From assembly GCA_964016885.1 (NCBI GenBank), contig OZ024745.1, forward strand, positions 112,220,001 to 112,284,000: a DNA stretch of 64,000 bases. Direction: 5' to 3'. The notes below the pieces were generated by a model. The model ran no database searches. It had not been told where the DNA came from and worked only from the letters and a program-made list of their open reading frames with translations. Numbering within the stretch: the first letter of the stretch is position 1; each line of letters begins with the position of its first letter. Positions 1 through 13,011 of the stretch are shown here, piece after piece. Made by a program: the position numbers and the translations under genes. The stretch comes from Eledone cirrhosa. Its lineage: Eukaryota.

Positions 1-307
1 CATAAATCTTTCGTTGCACATCTGCAACATCGTCAGTGGTGTTATATTCATTGTTCCTCCTGTTGTGTTGTATGTCTACGCCATTTTTTTTTGTTCAGTC
101 TGTCTATATATTTATTTATTTATTTGCTTGTTTGTTTATCTTATTTTATTTTGTCTTCTTTGCGCATGCGTTTGCGTGTGTGTATAGTGTTATGTGTGAT
201 GTGTGACTAGTGTGTATAGTGTTGTCTGCTGGGTGACTAGTGTGTGTTTATGTGCTTGTGTATGTATTTATTTATCTTATTTTATTTAATTTAATTTACT
301 TATTTAT

Positions 308-2218
308 TTATACTTCTCTTAGGTCAGTGTTGTTTGTTTGGGTGTTGTTGTTGTTCCACTCATTCTTTCTGTTTAGCTTTGGTCTTCTAATTTCTATTTC
401 ACTGGCCTCTCTGATTTGCCTATCTGCTGGGTCATTCCTATGTTTAGATATTATTCTAATTTCTATGTTGTCTATGTTACCGTCATGATGTTGTCTAGCA
501 TGTTCGTATAGTACTGACCCGTTTTTTCGTCCTTTTAGTTCCCCCCAGTGTTGGTCTATCCTTTCACCTATGCTACGAGCTGTCTCACCTATGTATGTTG
601 TTGTCGTGTTTCTGCAAGTACCCTCTGTACATCTTATGCTATAGACTACGTTTCTAGTTTTACAGTTTATCCGGGGGTTCACCTTACATATGATACATTT
701 CCTATTGGTACAGTGGGTTTTCTTAAAAGGGTAGGTTTTGCTGATCAGGGATTTTATGGTGGTTCCTGGCTTTTCTACCACCTTTATTTTTAAGTGGGTC
801 TTTCTCAGGGCCTTTCTACACTGGTTAGCTAATTTCCCTCCAGGGGTGGCGTCCACAAACATGACACTCTGATATCTCTGGTTGTCGTACCATGATGTGG
901 CCTTCCCTATCTTATGTCTAGCCCTATCTAAGCTATTCCATGATTTGCTCCTGTATAGTGGGCAAATTCCTTTCATGTCCAGTTCTATGAGGGTCTTATA
1001 CTTTTCCATGGCTCCTTCGTATACTCTGACTCTGTCTCTTTGGTTGTAGCCAGAGAACTGCATGCGGTTGATGAAGTGTTGGATGTGTCCTTCCATTTCT
1101 GTTGGGTCGCACATGCTGGACACATTCTTCATCACTCGTACCAAATCTGCGATCAGAATATTAAACTTAGCACTACTGGACATTGCTGAGTTTTTGAGTA
1201 TCAGGTATTTGGAGGCCATGGGTTTAGCATAGTGTGAGTGGAGAATTTGGGCTCTCTCGTCTATAGTGTTAATCCAGAGTTCTGTGTCTAATACAGGTAG
1301 TCTATTGTTAGGGTGTTTGGAAGGGAAGTCTATAGTTACAGTTATACTCTGGTGTATGGAATTAGCTATCTGCTGGATGCTTTCCATCGTGCTACGTTCT
1401 AAATCAAACTTGTTAGTGCTCTCTAGTGGGGGTGTTCTTATAACTATATTGATATCGTCTACATAACGAGAGTACATGATGAGGTCTATGGAGCTTTCAT
1501 TAAGGAGATCTTTAAGTCTCCTTTCCCACCATACCATGAAAAGGTTGGCAACATCGCCAGCTATGCTGACGCCGATGGCTGCTCCCTCATTTTGGGTGTA
1601 GATTTTCTCATTGAACTTAAATATGTGGCCCTTTAGGGTAGTTTTGATACTAGCCCCTATTGCATGTGCGACCATTTTTCTTACCTGATCAGTGTTTTGG
1701 GGGGTCCGTATAGCTTTGGTCCACCCAATCCACCTTCCTATGGGAGTCTTTTTAGCCATTGAGGTTATGGTGGGGGGTCTACCTCTTATAGGTCTACTAG
1801 GGCAGAAACATCTAAGGTCATGGCTGTCTAGGTAGTCAGTGTCGTAGGTAAGTCTAAGTAGGAGGCCCAGTTCGTCTGTGTCGACGTCGCAGAACTCCAC
1901 CTCACTCTCAATGATCATCTCCACACATCTTTTCACAGCAAAATCAATGTTAATGGATGGGTACAGTGACACCACATCCATGCTGCCTATTATGCAGTTG
2001 GATAGGCTCCTGTTTTTGTTGCACTCACTGATTCTGCTGAGGAGGTCCTCTGTACTTTCACATACATCTGGGGACATCTTGATTATGGGGCGTATAACCA
2101 TTGAGAGGAAGTAGGAGATCCTGTAGTTGCTAGCTATATTAGCTCCGCATACAGGTCTTGTTGGTGGTCCTATTGTCGGGTCGTCGACTGTCTTGTGGTC
2201 TTTGCGGAGCCCATACAA
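308..2218 (-). CDS. Penelope-like retroelement ORF (reverse transcriptase + GIY-YIG endonuclease), 5'-truncated
   Basis: 636-aa open frame. RT motifs YGLRKDHK, RP(V), SMDVVSLYPSI, QNEGAAIG, RYVDD, LPVLD; Cys-rich linker (CTNRKCIIC..C); GIY-YIG-type VVYSIRC...YIGET..R...H and terminal P.LN. Begins mid-RT at the inversion junction. Confidence 0.93.
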   Translation of the reverse strand: MYGLRKDHKTVDDPTIGPPTRPVCGANIASNYRISYFLSMVIRPIIKMSPDVCESTEDLLSRISECNKNRSLSNCIIGSMDVVSLYPSINIDFAVKRCVEMIIESEVEFCDVDTDELGLLLRLTYDTDYLDSHDLRCFCPSRPIRGRPPTITSMAKKTPIGRWIGWTKAIRTPQNTDQVRKMVAHAIGASIKTTLKGHIFKFNEKIYTQNEGAAIGVSIAGDVANLFMVWWERRLKDLLNESSIDLIMYSRYVDDINIVIRTPPLESTNKFDLERSTMESIQQIANSIHQSITVTIDFPSKHPNNRLPVLDTELWINTIDERAQILHSHYAKPMASKYLILKNSAMSSSAKFNILIADLVRVMKNVSSMCDPTEMEGHIQHFINRMQFSGYNQRDRVRVYEGAMEKYKTLIELDMKGICPLYRSKSWNSLDRARHKIGKATSWYDNQRYQSVMFVDATPGGKLANQCRKALRKTHLKIKVVEKPGTTIKSLISKTYPFKKTHCTNRKCIICKVNPRINCKTRNVVYSIRCTEGTCRNTTTTYIGETARSIGERIDQHWGELKGRKNGSVLYEHARQHHDGNIDNIEIRIISKHRNDPADRQIREASEIEIRRPKLNRKNEWNNNNTQTNNTDLREV

Positions 2219-2380
2219 GGTTCACACATAACACTATACACACACGCAAACGCATGCGCAAAGAAGACAAAATAAAATAAGATAAACAAACAAGCAAATA
2301 AATAAATAAATATATAGACAGACTGAACAAAAAAAAATGGCGTAGACATACAACACAACAGGAGGAACAATGAATATAAC

Positions 2381-2422
2381 ACCACTGACGATGTTGCAGA
2401 TGTGCAACGAAAGATTTATGTA
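2381..2422 (+). ncRNA. Minimal hammerhead ribozyme motif in PLE pLTR (mirror copy at 1-40, minus)
   Basis: CTGACGA-T-GTTGCA-gatg-TGCAAC-GAAA-GATT-TA. Stem II is 6 bp; stem I is weak. Confidence 0.7.
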
Positions 2423-2698
2423 AACTATATATATATGTGTTTGTCTATATTGTATCTGTATTATTTTTGACCGCCGGTCAGTCAATGGCAACATTGAGGA
2501 CCGAGTAAGTTAGATCGCAGATATATATATATAAAAGACAGCGAGAAGCGAAAACCAACCAAACAGTGAGTGTGTTCTGTTATTAATTCTGGCAATATTA
2601 CGCAAATATGACCCTCCCCAAATATAACAATATCTGTATATATATATCTGTATATATCTATATATATCTGTATATATATATCTGTATATATATATCTG

Positions 2699-2770
<72 letters not shown>

Positions 2771-3242
2771 GTCTGTGTACAGTTATGATATTATGCTGCA
2801 GCATTAAAAGAATACTTATAGCCTACAGCAGACCAAAAATTGCAGCCCACATAAAAGTCTCGCCCGGGGCGGACCGCTCCTCGTTCCCTCTAGCTACGCC
2901 ACTGTGTAATCGTGTAATAATGTTGTATAATGTTGTAGCAGGTTGGTAGTATAATAGTGTAGTAGTGAGATATTTTTCATGTTAAATCATAAACTAGCTC
3001 ATATTAAGCATACTTGATCCGAGGCATTCAAGGTATAACACGAGCATCGTTAGTTTTACCAGACACGATGTATTAAATAAATCATTGGTACATTAACTGT
3101 TTTATTTAGATGTATTTTGTAGTAAAGAAATAATATATTTATAAACCGGCATTATGTTATAGATTCTTTCTTTTTGAAAGTGTTAGGGGTATGTTTTGTG
3201 GAAGGTTATGCTTTTTTGATGTTTAACTCCATAGGTCATCGT

Positions 3243-3418
3243 CAGTGCCGGATTTAGGGCAGATGAGGCCCTGTGCTAGTTAAATTATGAGGTCGCAAAC
3301 ATTTGAAAAACTCATCGTAAAAGTTTTGGGTGCAGGAAGATACTCCCCCCGCCCCCCAGCCTGGCAAACGGAACCCTGTGCTTAAGAACACCTAAGCACA
3401 ATGGTAAATCCGGCACTG
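3243..3418. mobile_element. hAT-like MITE
   Basis: 14-bp TIR CAGTGCCGGATTTA / TAAATCCGGCACTG; degenerate 8-bp flanks gtcatcgt / gtcacggc. Confidence 0.7.
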
Positions 3419-3439
3419 GTCACGGCTAATATAAGCCCT

Positions 3440-3549
3440 AATCCCACCGAAGTTAACTTTGCCTTTCATCCTTACAGAGTCGATAACATAAAGCACCAGT
3501 AATGCACTGGGGTAATTGCTGGCCTTGAGCCAAAAGTAGAAACAATTAT
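3440..3549 (+). mobile_element. SINE family 1, 3' part
   Basis: aactttgcctttcatcc...gtcgata...gctggccttg...aaagtagaaacaattatt. Confidence 0.8.
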
Positions 3550-3969
3550 TTTTTTAGAGTATGTAAGTTTCTATTATGCAATGTATCTTTTTTCTTCTTC
3601 TTATTTAAGACTATAGGACGTTAGTCGATGAAGGTTTGGTTATTATTTCTCGCAATTCATCGTAGAGCCTTAAAAAACAATGAGCTATACAACGAAATAT
3701 TCTTCAACAGTACCAGTGAACACGTCAGACGTATCCATCTTCATATTTTAACAATTGTGTCATTTTCTGATGCTTCAGTAATTATTATTCATCCATTGAA
3801 GTATTTAGAGAATTCTATTTGCCGTGGAAAATTATGTGTAACCATCCCCCACTCTCCATCACGCCACTAAAATTAATAATCATGTTTTGATGTCACAGTC
3901 TACGATAAAGACAAGACAATTGCAAACACTTGGCAAATTGATATTAAAATTTTTTTTTTTAGAAATTGC

Positions 3970-4710
3970 AGCCACCATCACCTCACCGTTCTCGTCGCCT
4001 CCTCATCCTCAGCCTCGTAGTCGTCGCCGCCGTCGTCGTCGTCGTCGCCGTTGCTATTGCCATCAGTATCATCATCAGCATCACCGTCACCACCGACACC
4101 GTCACCACCACCTCCACCAACACCACCACCGCCACCACCACCACCACCACCACCATCACCACCAACACCACCGCCACCACCACCACCACCACCACCACCA
4201 CCACCACCACCACCACCACCACCACATCCACCACCGTCACCTTCACCATCACCACCACCGCCACCAACACCACCGCCACCAACGCCACGACAACCACCAC
4301 CACCGCCGCCACCACCACCACCACCACCGCCACCGCCACCACCGCCACGTTATCTGCCGCCACCACCACCACCACCACCACCGTCACCACCAACACCACC
4401 GCCACCACCGTCACCACCAACACCACCGCCACCACCACAACCAACACCACCACCACCACCACCGCCACCGCCACCACCGCCACGTTATCTGCCGCCACCA
4501 CCACCACCACCACCGTCACCACCAACACCACCGCCACCACCATCACCACCAACACCACCGCCACCACCACAACCAACACCACCAACACGTTATCTGTCGC
4601 CACCATCACCACCACCGTCACCACCAACACCACCGTCACCACCGTCACCACCACCACCACCACCAACACCACCGCCACCACCACCACCACCACCACCGAC
4701 ACCACCGCCA
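3970..4710. repeat. Compound (CAC/CGC)n trinucleotide repeat
   Basis: Degenerate ACC repeat with higher-order subunits (e.g. cacgttatctgccg x3); accounts for the poly-H/T/P/V ORFs. Confidence 0.95.
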
Positions 4711-5289
4711 TTATTTCGATCTAGTCAATACCAATTAAATAAAAGGCCATTCTGTTATTAAACCATGTTTTTCCTCTTCCTAGCTGTACGGTCCCGTGAT
4801 GTTAGAATAATCAGATCTCAAATTATTCTCTCTTATAAGAATTCTGGCGTCTCGCTGATCCAAATCATGATGATGAGGATGATGGTGATGGTGATGGTGA
4901 TGGTGGTGATGATGGTGATGGTAATGATGGTGAGGATTTCTATTTCACCCTAACACCGTGTAGTGCTTCTATTAATTAATTGCCGCTATCAACACTATCG
5001 CTGTTATAAATATTAGCAACCCATTAGCTTTGACTGTGTTTATGTATAATCTATATATAAATTTGAGCAACTTCCGTCCGTCCAGTACACAATGTGTGTG
5101 TTTGTGTTTGTGTGAATGTATGTATGTGTATTTAAAAGGAAGGGGATGGTGAAAACACTATAACAAAACAGCGTTCCATTTGCTACGCTGTGTGGGAGTG
5201 TATGTGTGCGTTTGTGTAAATGTATGTGTGTGTGCTTGTGTGAATGTATGACTGTCATTATCATTATCATCATCCAGTTTTTGATTGTG

Positions 5290-5540
5290 CAGGACACAAT
5301 GAATCCCTAAGTAGGGGTGGTGTCCTGCATGACAACGCCCCTTTGCATCCCGCTCCATGTGTTTCTGTCCGTCAGTCTCACTTCGGGAAGGTCAAGCCTA
5401 GCTTGATTCCGACGGGCATCCTCCATCCAAGTCCTTTTTGGTCTTCCTGGGCCTCTACTACCTCCTGGATCGACATTCATCACTTTGCTGACCAGCCCTC
5501 ACTAGGCTCGACATGGCAGTACCAGCGCATGCGTCTCGTT
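5290..5540 (-). mobile_element. Decayed LINE 3' end (RTE-like)
   Basis: Minus-strand translation resembles a LINE C-terminus (RPRRPKRTWMED...DRNTW), next to a (CAT)n tail. Confidence 0.45.
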
Positions 5541-5931
5541 TGTGAGTGTGTATTTTTGTAAGTGTGTCTGTGTTTGTGCATTTATATTTATATACTCATA
5601 CATATAAATGTATGCATATGCACATACACACACGCACACACATATACGCATACACGTCAGCGTGTTGAAAGAATTCCTAGTATTATATAAATAGCTATAA
5701 GCTACTATCATCTTTGTCATTAAGACAATGAGTAATTGATTTCTGATAAAACGGTAAAAAACTATTAGAACTAATCAGATCGATTTCGTTTTTCTGGTCA
5801 CAGAGCGGAAAATAAAACATATTATTTAACCATTGTTTCTCTATAATACACCGTATCTTCTGAAGATGTGCTTATTTAATATAAAACACACTTCTATCAT
5901 AACACACCGCCTACTACTACTACTGATGCCG

Positions 5932-5994
<63 letters not shown>

Positions 5995-6133
5995 TTTTAT
6001 AACTAAATTTTATAAACTACTACTACTAGTAGTAGTAGTTTATACAATTTCATATTTATAGAGATGGGGAGCGCAGGAGAGACGGAGGCAGTGGGAGTTT
6101 GGTTTCTTTGTGTTCGGACATGGTGTACATGTA

Positions 6134-6351
6134 CGGTCTGTTCGCTTTTTACGCGAACTTGAAGTACGCGATTTCGCTTTAACGCGTCTTGAAAAAATAT
6201 TATTAAAAATTCACTTTGAGCGAATAACGCGCTATAACGCGTGTGGTTTTTAATTTTTTTGTATTTATCAGAAAAATAGACTTGAATTACGCGAATTTGC
6301 TTTACGTGTCGCGTTCACGAACGCATCTTCGCGTAAGAAGCGAACATCCTG
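6134..6351. mobile_element. Tigger/pogo-type MITE
   Basis: Imperfect TIR cggtctgttcgctttttacgcgaa / ttcgcgtaagaagcgaacatcctg, flanked by TA. Confidence 0.65.
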
Positions 6352-6744
6352 TATATATATTTATTTACCGCACCACATGTTTCACATACACACATTGAAA
6401 TACTATCGACCAGCATTCTTTTTGACAAGAAGTCACGTCAAATAAAAAAACAGATTTAAACCTCATTTAGTTCACAAACTTGTGCAATGTTTATAAAGAT
6501 AGAACTACTGTCAAAATATGCTACAAATAGTTTCAGATAAAACAAACAAACACGAAGATTCTTCCTTTTACGTTGACTGGAGCGGGATCATGTGGATAGG
6601 TGTCTGCGGATTTTATACTCAACATTTTTACTGATTTAAATCAATATTTCTTTTTGTTTTGGTTTATCAATAACTATCAATAACATCTTTTGGTGGTGGT
6701 GCCAATCATATATATAATATAATATAATATAATATAATATAATA

Positions 6745-6929
6745 TAATTGTTTCTACTTTTGGCAGGCACAAGGCCAGCAATTACCCAGTGTATTACTGG
6801 TACTTTATTTTATCGACCCCGTAAGGATGAAAGGCAAAGTTAACCTCGGCGGGATTTGAACTCAGGTCATAAAGGGCCGTAACTCCTTGCTGCAAAGCAT
6901 GGCGTCCGACACTCTACCGATACTGCCAA
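6745..6929 (-). mobile_element. SINE family 1 (tRNA-derived)
   Basis: Reverse complement has A-box TGGCAGTATCGG, B-box GAGTTCAAATCC, conserved core and (ATT) tail; inserted in (ATAAT)n. Confidence 0.9.
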
Positions 6930-7740
<811 letters not shown>

Positions 7741-7830
7741 ATGAATACTTCAACAGGTACTATGTACTTGTAGAAATATGCAAGTTGTTTATAATATTTG
7801 TGGTTCAATGGTACTAATTCGAGACACCAG

Positions 7831-7869
<39 letters not shown>

Positions 7870-7926
7870 TTATTTTTTTTTTTTTTTTTAAGTAAACAGA
7901 GAACTAAAAACAAAAAAAAAAACGAA

Positions 7927-8103
7927 GAGGCAGTACAAGTGTTTGACGCCATGCTTTGCAGCAAAGAGTTACGCCCCTTTATGGTTTGAGTTCAAATCCC
8001 GCCGAGGTTAACTTTGCCTTTCATCCTTACGGGGTCGATAAAATAAAGTACCAGTAATGCACTGGATAATTGCTGGCCTTGTGCCAAAAGTAGAAACAAT
8101 TAT
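7927..8103 (+). mobile_element. SINE family 1
   Basis: B-box, core and tail match other copies. Confidence 0.9.
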
Positions 8104-8266
8104 TATATATATGAATATAACAATGTCTGTGAGTGGGTGTTTGTCTTTACAGTTTTCATTTATACACCGAATGTCGAAGTTTGAGATAATGAATATATAT
8201 ATATATACAAATGAAAACTGAAAACACAAACACCCACTCAGACATTCAGTTATATTCATATATATA

Positions 8267-8462
8267 ATAATTGTTTCTACTTTAGGCACAAGGCCAGCAA
8301 TTATCCAGTACATTACTGGTACTTTATTTTATCGATTTTATCGACCCCGTAAGAGTGAAAGGCAAAGTTAACCTCGGCGGGATTTCAACTCAGACCATAA
8401 AGGGCCGTAACTCTTTGCTGCAAAGCATGGCGTCAGACCCTCTGCCGATACTGCCAATCCAT
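8267..8462 (-). mobile_element. SINE family 1
   Basis: Full-length reverse copy; TSD-like tattcatatatataataat on both sides. Confidence 0.9.
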
Positions 8463-8817
8463 CACCGTATATTCATATATATAATAATATATATATATTC
8501 ATATATTCATATATATAATAATATATATATATTCATATATTCATATATATAATAATAACATTTGTACTGTCTCTTCGCTTCCACGTCTTTTGTTTTTTTT
8601 TGTTTTTTACCTTTTCCACCTGGCCTTTTGATTAATAAAAGGCCTCGGGCGCACCCGGAATACACCGATGTCCTGTAATTCAGCGCCGAAACATCGGTTC
8701 GGGAAACATTTACAGCTGACGATGGAAACTCCTTTCTTCCTTTCTCCTCCTGTTCCGTCCTAACCAACATCCTAAACCTTGTTTTTAGTAACCACACAGC
8801 TCCTTTCGTTTCATAAC

Positions 8818-8888
<71 letters not shown>

Positions 8889-8950
8889 CATATATATATA
8901 TATGACATATAGATATTTGTATGATATATATATATATATACATATTTGTA

Positions 8951-9022
<72 letters not shown>

Positions 9023-9231
9023 GATATATATATATATACATTTAGGTTTGTTGGTTCACCACTGGATAGAACCGGTCATTCCATATGGTCAACCTTGATG
9101 TAATATTAGGGAGAGCACTCGACGTAATGCAACTCACCCGTCTTCGTTTGTGTTGTTGGTGGTGCGAGTACGGAGTTAGTTATTATAAAATAACAGTAGG
9201 TTGGACTGGTGTAATTCCTTAAAGTTTTATT

Positions 9232-9289
9232 ATACTATGAACATTTCAATGACTGAGTTCACTATGAATCCGGTGACATCATCAGGTAT
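9232..9289 (-). ncRNA. Hammerhead ribozyme motif in a TA-anchored PLE-like remnant (~9041-9400)
   Basis: atac-CTGATGA-(31-nt imperfect stem II)-GAAA-TGTTCA-TA-gtat. Confidence 0.6.
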
Positions 9290-9598
9290 TCGAAATTTAA
9301 CAAAGGAATAAAATAGATGCAAGGCTGAAAAGGCAGAGAGACAAGAAGGCGGCCAAACATTTAGCAGTTTCTAGTTCGCTATTCAACCTTGAATTTGGGT
9401 TACGTTTTTTTTTTAATGGACGTATATACAATGAACAGATACATATTTATCACTAATAGTTTCTTTTATATTTGATAACTACACGGACAAACCACGTACA
9501 TATACAATGTTAATACAATACACACTTAGATACCATCATGAACTATGGATAAGCCATTCCACCAGTATATACGTTGATACACACAAAAAACTAAAGTC

Positions 9599-9669
<71 letters not shown>

Positions 9670-11118
9670 CCCTCTTTTTCTATTTTTCATTTTCTAATCT
9701 CTCTACTATTATACTGATGAAGGACTAACGTCCTATACGTAGAACTTCTTTCATCCTTTCCATCCAAAGCCTGAACCTAATAAGAACTATTGTTTTAGTA
9801 TCTCTGTGTTTGTGATTATATTGGGTTGTCAAGTATGAAATTTGTAGAAATTTTTTTTCTTTCTACAAATTTCAACCAATTTCATACTTGACGACTTAAT
9901 ACATATATCTATATATGTCTATGTGTGTTTGTGTGTGCTTGCGTGTGTGTATGTATGTGTACGTGGTATGCTGTGTGCGTGCTGGACTCCGTCCATCGAG
10001 AACGACGTATGAGCGACTATTTCTTCGATCAACTGAACTTGCTAACCATCGAGTTATCGCGTAAGAACCGTACCCTTTAATGTAAACCTCAGACAGAATC
10101 GGTACGACGCAGCAGTCTTTGGTATTATAGGCACATTTTATTTGAAGGGATTCTATACATACTTTTCCTCTACCCAGTTTCCGTCATAAGGTTTGAGTCG
10201 ATCGAAGGCTATCGTAAAAAATATTTGCCTAAGATGCCACGCAATCGGGTCGAACCGCTTCCACGTGATTGCGAAGCGAACTTCTTAACTACTTGGCGAT
10301 GTATCAATATATCGTATATGTGTATTTGCCATTGAATGTGTCTGTCTGTGTGTAGATGTTTATGTATGTAATTTTCCATTTTTCTTCATTTCAAATGAAT
10401 TCAGCGTGTGTATGACATGTCACCATTGTTAGAATTTGTGAGCTGACAATAAATTATTTAATAGTAATGATCACTATTTGAAACGTTTTGCATATTTCTA
10501 CTATTCTACGCTGCGGGAAGGATTTTGTTAAAATTGAAGTAACAGCTTCCGTTTATTTCATGAAGATACTAATTTCACAACATTACCTCAAAAGCAAATT
10601 ATATAACTAATTACATTAATAAATACTATCTATTGATTTTCGTATTTTATTCAAATCATCTCACTGACTAACTTTCATATCTATCCACATCTTTTGGTCT
10701 TCATTCTAGGTATTCTCAAAGGAACAGTTGGACTGCAGTCTCAATAATGTAGTTCAATAAAAGTTTAACATGTAGAGTGTTACTTCTTTAACAGTAAGAA
10801 ATGAAAAAAGAAAACAAAACAAATAAAAAACAATAGCATCGACAACCCTCGGGTCCCAAATAATAGGGGGAGGGCGGAATAAGTGTGTGTGTGTGTGTAG
10901 GGGGGGGGGGGGGTCGACATTTGCTTAAATTCTTAGAAGCGGAGCTTAGAATAAACGGGGTGTGTGTGGACATTTGCTTCAATTCTCATAAGTTGGAATA
11001 AACGGGACGGGGAAGGTGAAGAAAATGGGTAATTGTATAGGGTACGTTCGTAAATATGGCATTTCTTGAAATGTTCTTCTTTTGTCATATATAATGTTTT
11101 TTTTATGTAAAATAAAAT

Positions 11119-11280
11119 TTCGGCGGGATTTGAACTCAGAATGGCAAATCCCTTGCTATTCTGAATTCAAATCCCGCCGAGGTTAACTTTGCCTTTCATC
11201 CTTTCGGGGTCGATAAAATAAAGTACCAGTAATGCACTGGGATAATTACTGGACTTGTGCCAATAGTAGAAACAATTATT
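11119..11280 (+). mobile_element. SINE family 1, 5'-truncated with an inverted 5' segment
   Basis: tcggcgggatttgaactcagaatggcaa / ttgctattctgaattcaaatcccgccga hairpin, then a normal SINE 3' half. Confidence 0.85.
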
Positions 11281-12179
11281 AGATCCTCCAGCTGCTGTAT
11301 CGATATGAATCACTTACAATAAAATTTGGCTGGAGATAGATTAGCAAAATTTAATAAGCAGTGGATGGGGTTTGTGTGGGGTGTGTGTGGAATAAAAGCA
11401 GAGGGGGAGGGCTGGAAAAAAATCTGAAAAATTAATAAGCGAGTGGCGACGATTATTCAAGACCTGAGAGTAATTATTTTCCCTTCACTATGAATTTTGA
11501 ACTCATTTTAACGTGTTAACGTTCAAGGCGTTAAACATTCTTTCATAATTTTGAATATAATCTTGTGGTTGATTGTCAGATTTATTATTTTCCTCAGCTA
11601 TGTTGTGCATGTTCACCATAAAAGTGGTCTTTCAGAATCTTTGTATAGCCTAATTTTTACAATGGTAGCATTCCATTTCAACTGATGCTTTTTTAAAAAA
11701 AAAATGACTTTCTTCTCCGCGCTGCGCCTGAAATGCTCAATCACCCATATATTGAATAATTTCTCTTGTGGCTGTCTCCGGGTGACAAATATGTTGACCA
11801 CATAGCATCTAACACTCTTATTAATTTAATTATATACTAAAAAAAATCACTCTTCAGTAATCGTTGATGATGTTTAGCTCAGCGCAGCATTGATCCAGCA
11901 ATAATATGATCTTAGGAATTTCAGCCTAAACCATTCCCCCCCCCCCCCCCCCACCACTACATTATGCAACGTGTCCTTCATTCTTTTTTTTTTTTGTATT
12001 TTCTAAACAAAACAAAAAAACAAAAAAACAACCACATGAGATGATTTGCGGGTATCGATATGTGAAAGATCATCATTACATGACTTTGATTTTTACGATA
12101 GTGGCCGCATAATAAAATACCTTTCACCACGAGGGATTTCGTTTCTGATATCATAACTGACATTAACAATATCACAAAG

Positions 12180-12392
12180 ATTCTGATTTAGGCACAAGAC
12201 CAACAATTTTTGTGGAGGGGAAAGTTGATTAAATCGACTCCAGTACTTTACTGGTACTTTATCTCATCAAGCCCGTGGGGGTGAAAGGCAAAGATAACCT
12301 CGGTGGGATTTGAACTCAGAAGATAAAGGGACGTAACTCTATGTCACACAGCAAGCTGTCCTGTCCGACGCTCTACCGATACTGCCAATCCT
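12180..12392 (-). mobile_element. SINE family 1 (older, long variant)
   Basis: Diverged reverse copy containing the ttaaatcgac...cccc insert. Confidence 0.8.
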
Positions 12393-12448
12393 CCTCAATA
12401 ATATCACTAAAACTGTGGTCTATCTAAAAGGGCATATTATTTACTTCA

Positions 12449-12565
12449 CTGAGTTCAAATCCCGCCGAGGTTAACTTTGCCTTTCATCCTTCCGGGGTCG
12501 ATAGAATAAAGTACCAGTAATGCATTGGGTAATTTGCTGGCCTTGTGCCAAAAGTAGAAACAATT
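12449..12565 (+). mobile_element. SINE family 1, 5'-truncated
   Basis: TSD attatttacttcact on both sides. Confidence 0.88.
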
Positions 12566-12932
12566 ATTTACTTCACTAAGTCTTTCCACTTAAATCAAGA
12601 TTTACTCTGGTGTTATCAAAATATCTCTGAAAATATTACAATTGGCTATATGAAGGGGTTGTAGAATTATGTACAGGGACAAAGCCCAGTCAAACTCGAA
12701 CCCACTTAACAGTCAAGCAGCTTCGTCAACAGTTATCTTTCATTGATCGAAAATTGGTTCTCACAGATAAAACACGTTTTCCCAACTCCTGCAATGTTAA
12801 AATAATGATTGGGGAATTATCCAGTAATGTCTTCTGCATGAATAACACATAGTAAAGTTGGTGCTATTAGCGATGTTATCGAATTTCTGTGCCCCCCCCC
12901 CCCCCCCACCCAACCAGCCAAATACTGTAATA

Positions 12933-13011
<79 letters not shown>

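Larger units (their letters stand above)
1..2520 (-). mobile_element. Penelope-like element with inverted pseudo-LTRs
   Basis: 1-199 is the reverse complement of 2222-2420, flanking the PLE ORF. The right copy runs to ~2520 into (TA)n. The left copy continues beyond the window. Confidence 0.9.

Noticed and set aside
3887-4761. Long His/Thr/Pro/Val-rich ORFs (mucin- or extensin-like)
   Set aside because: Open in several frames only because of the (ACC)n repeat; no non-repetitive coding content
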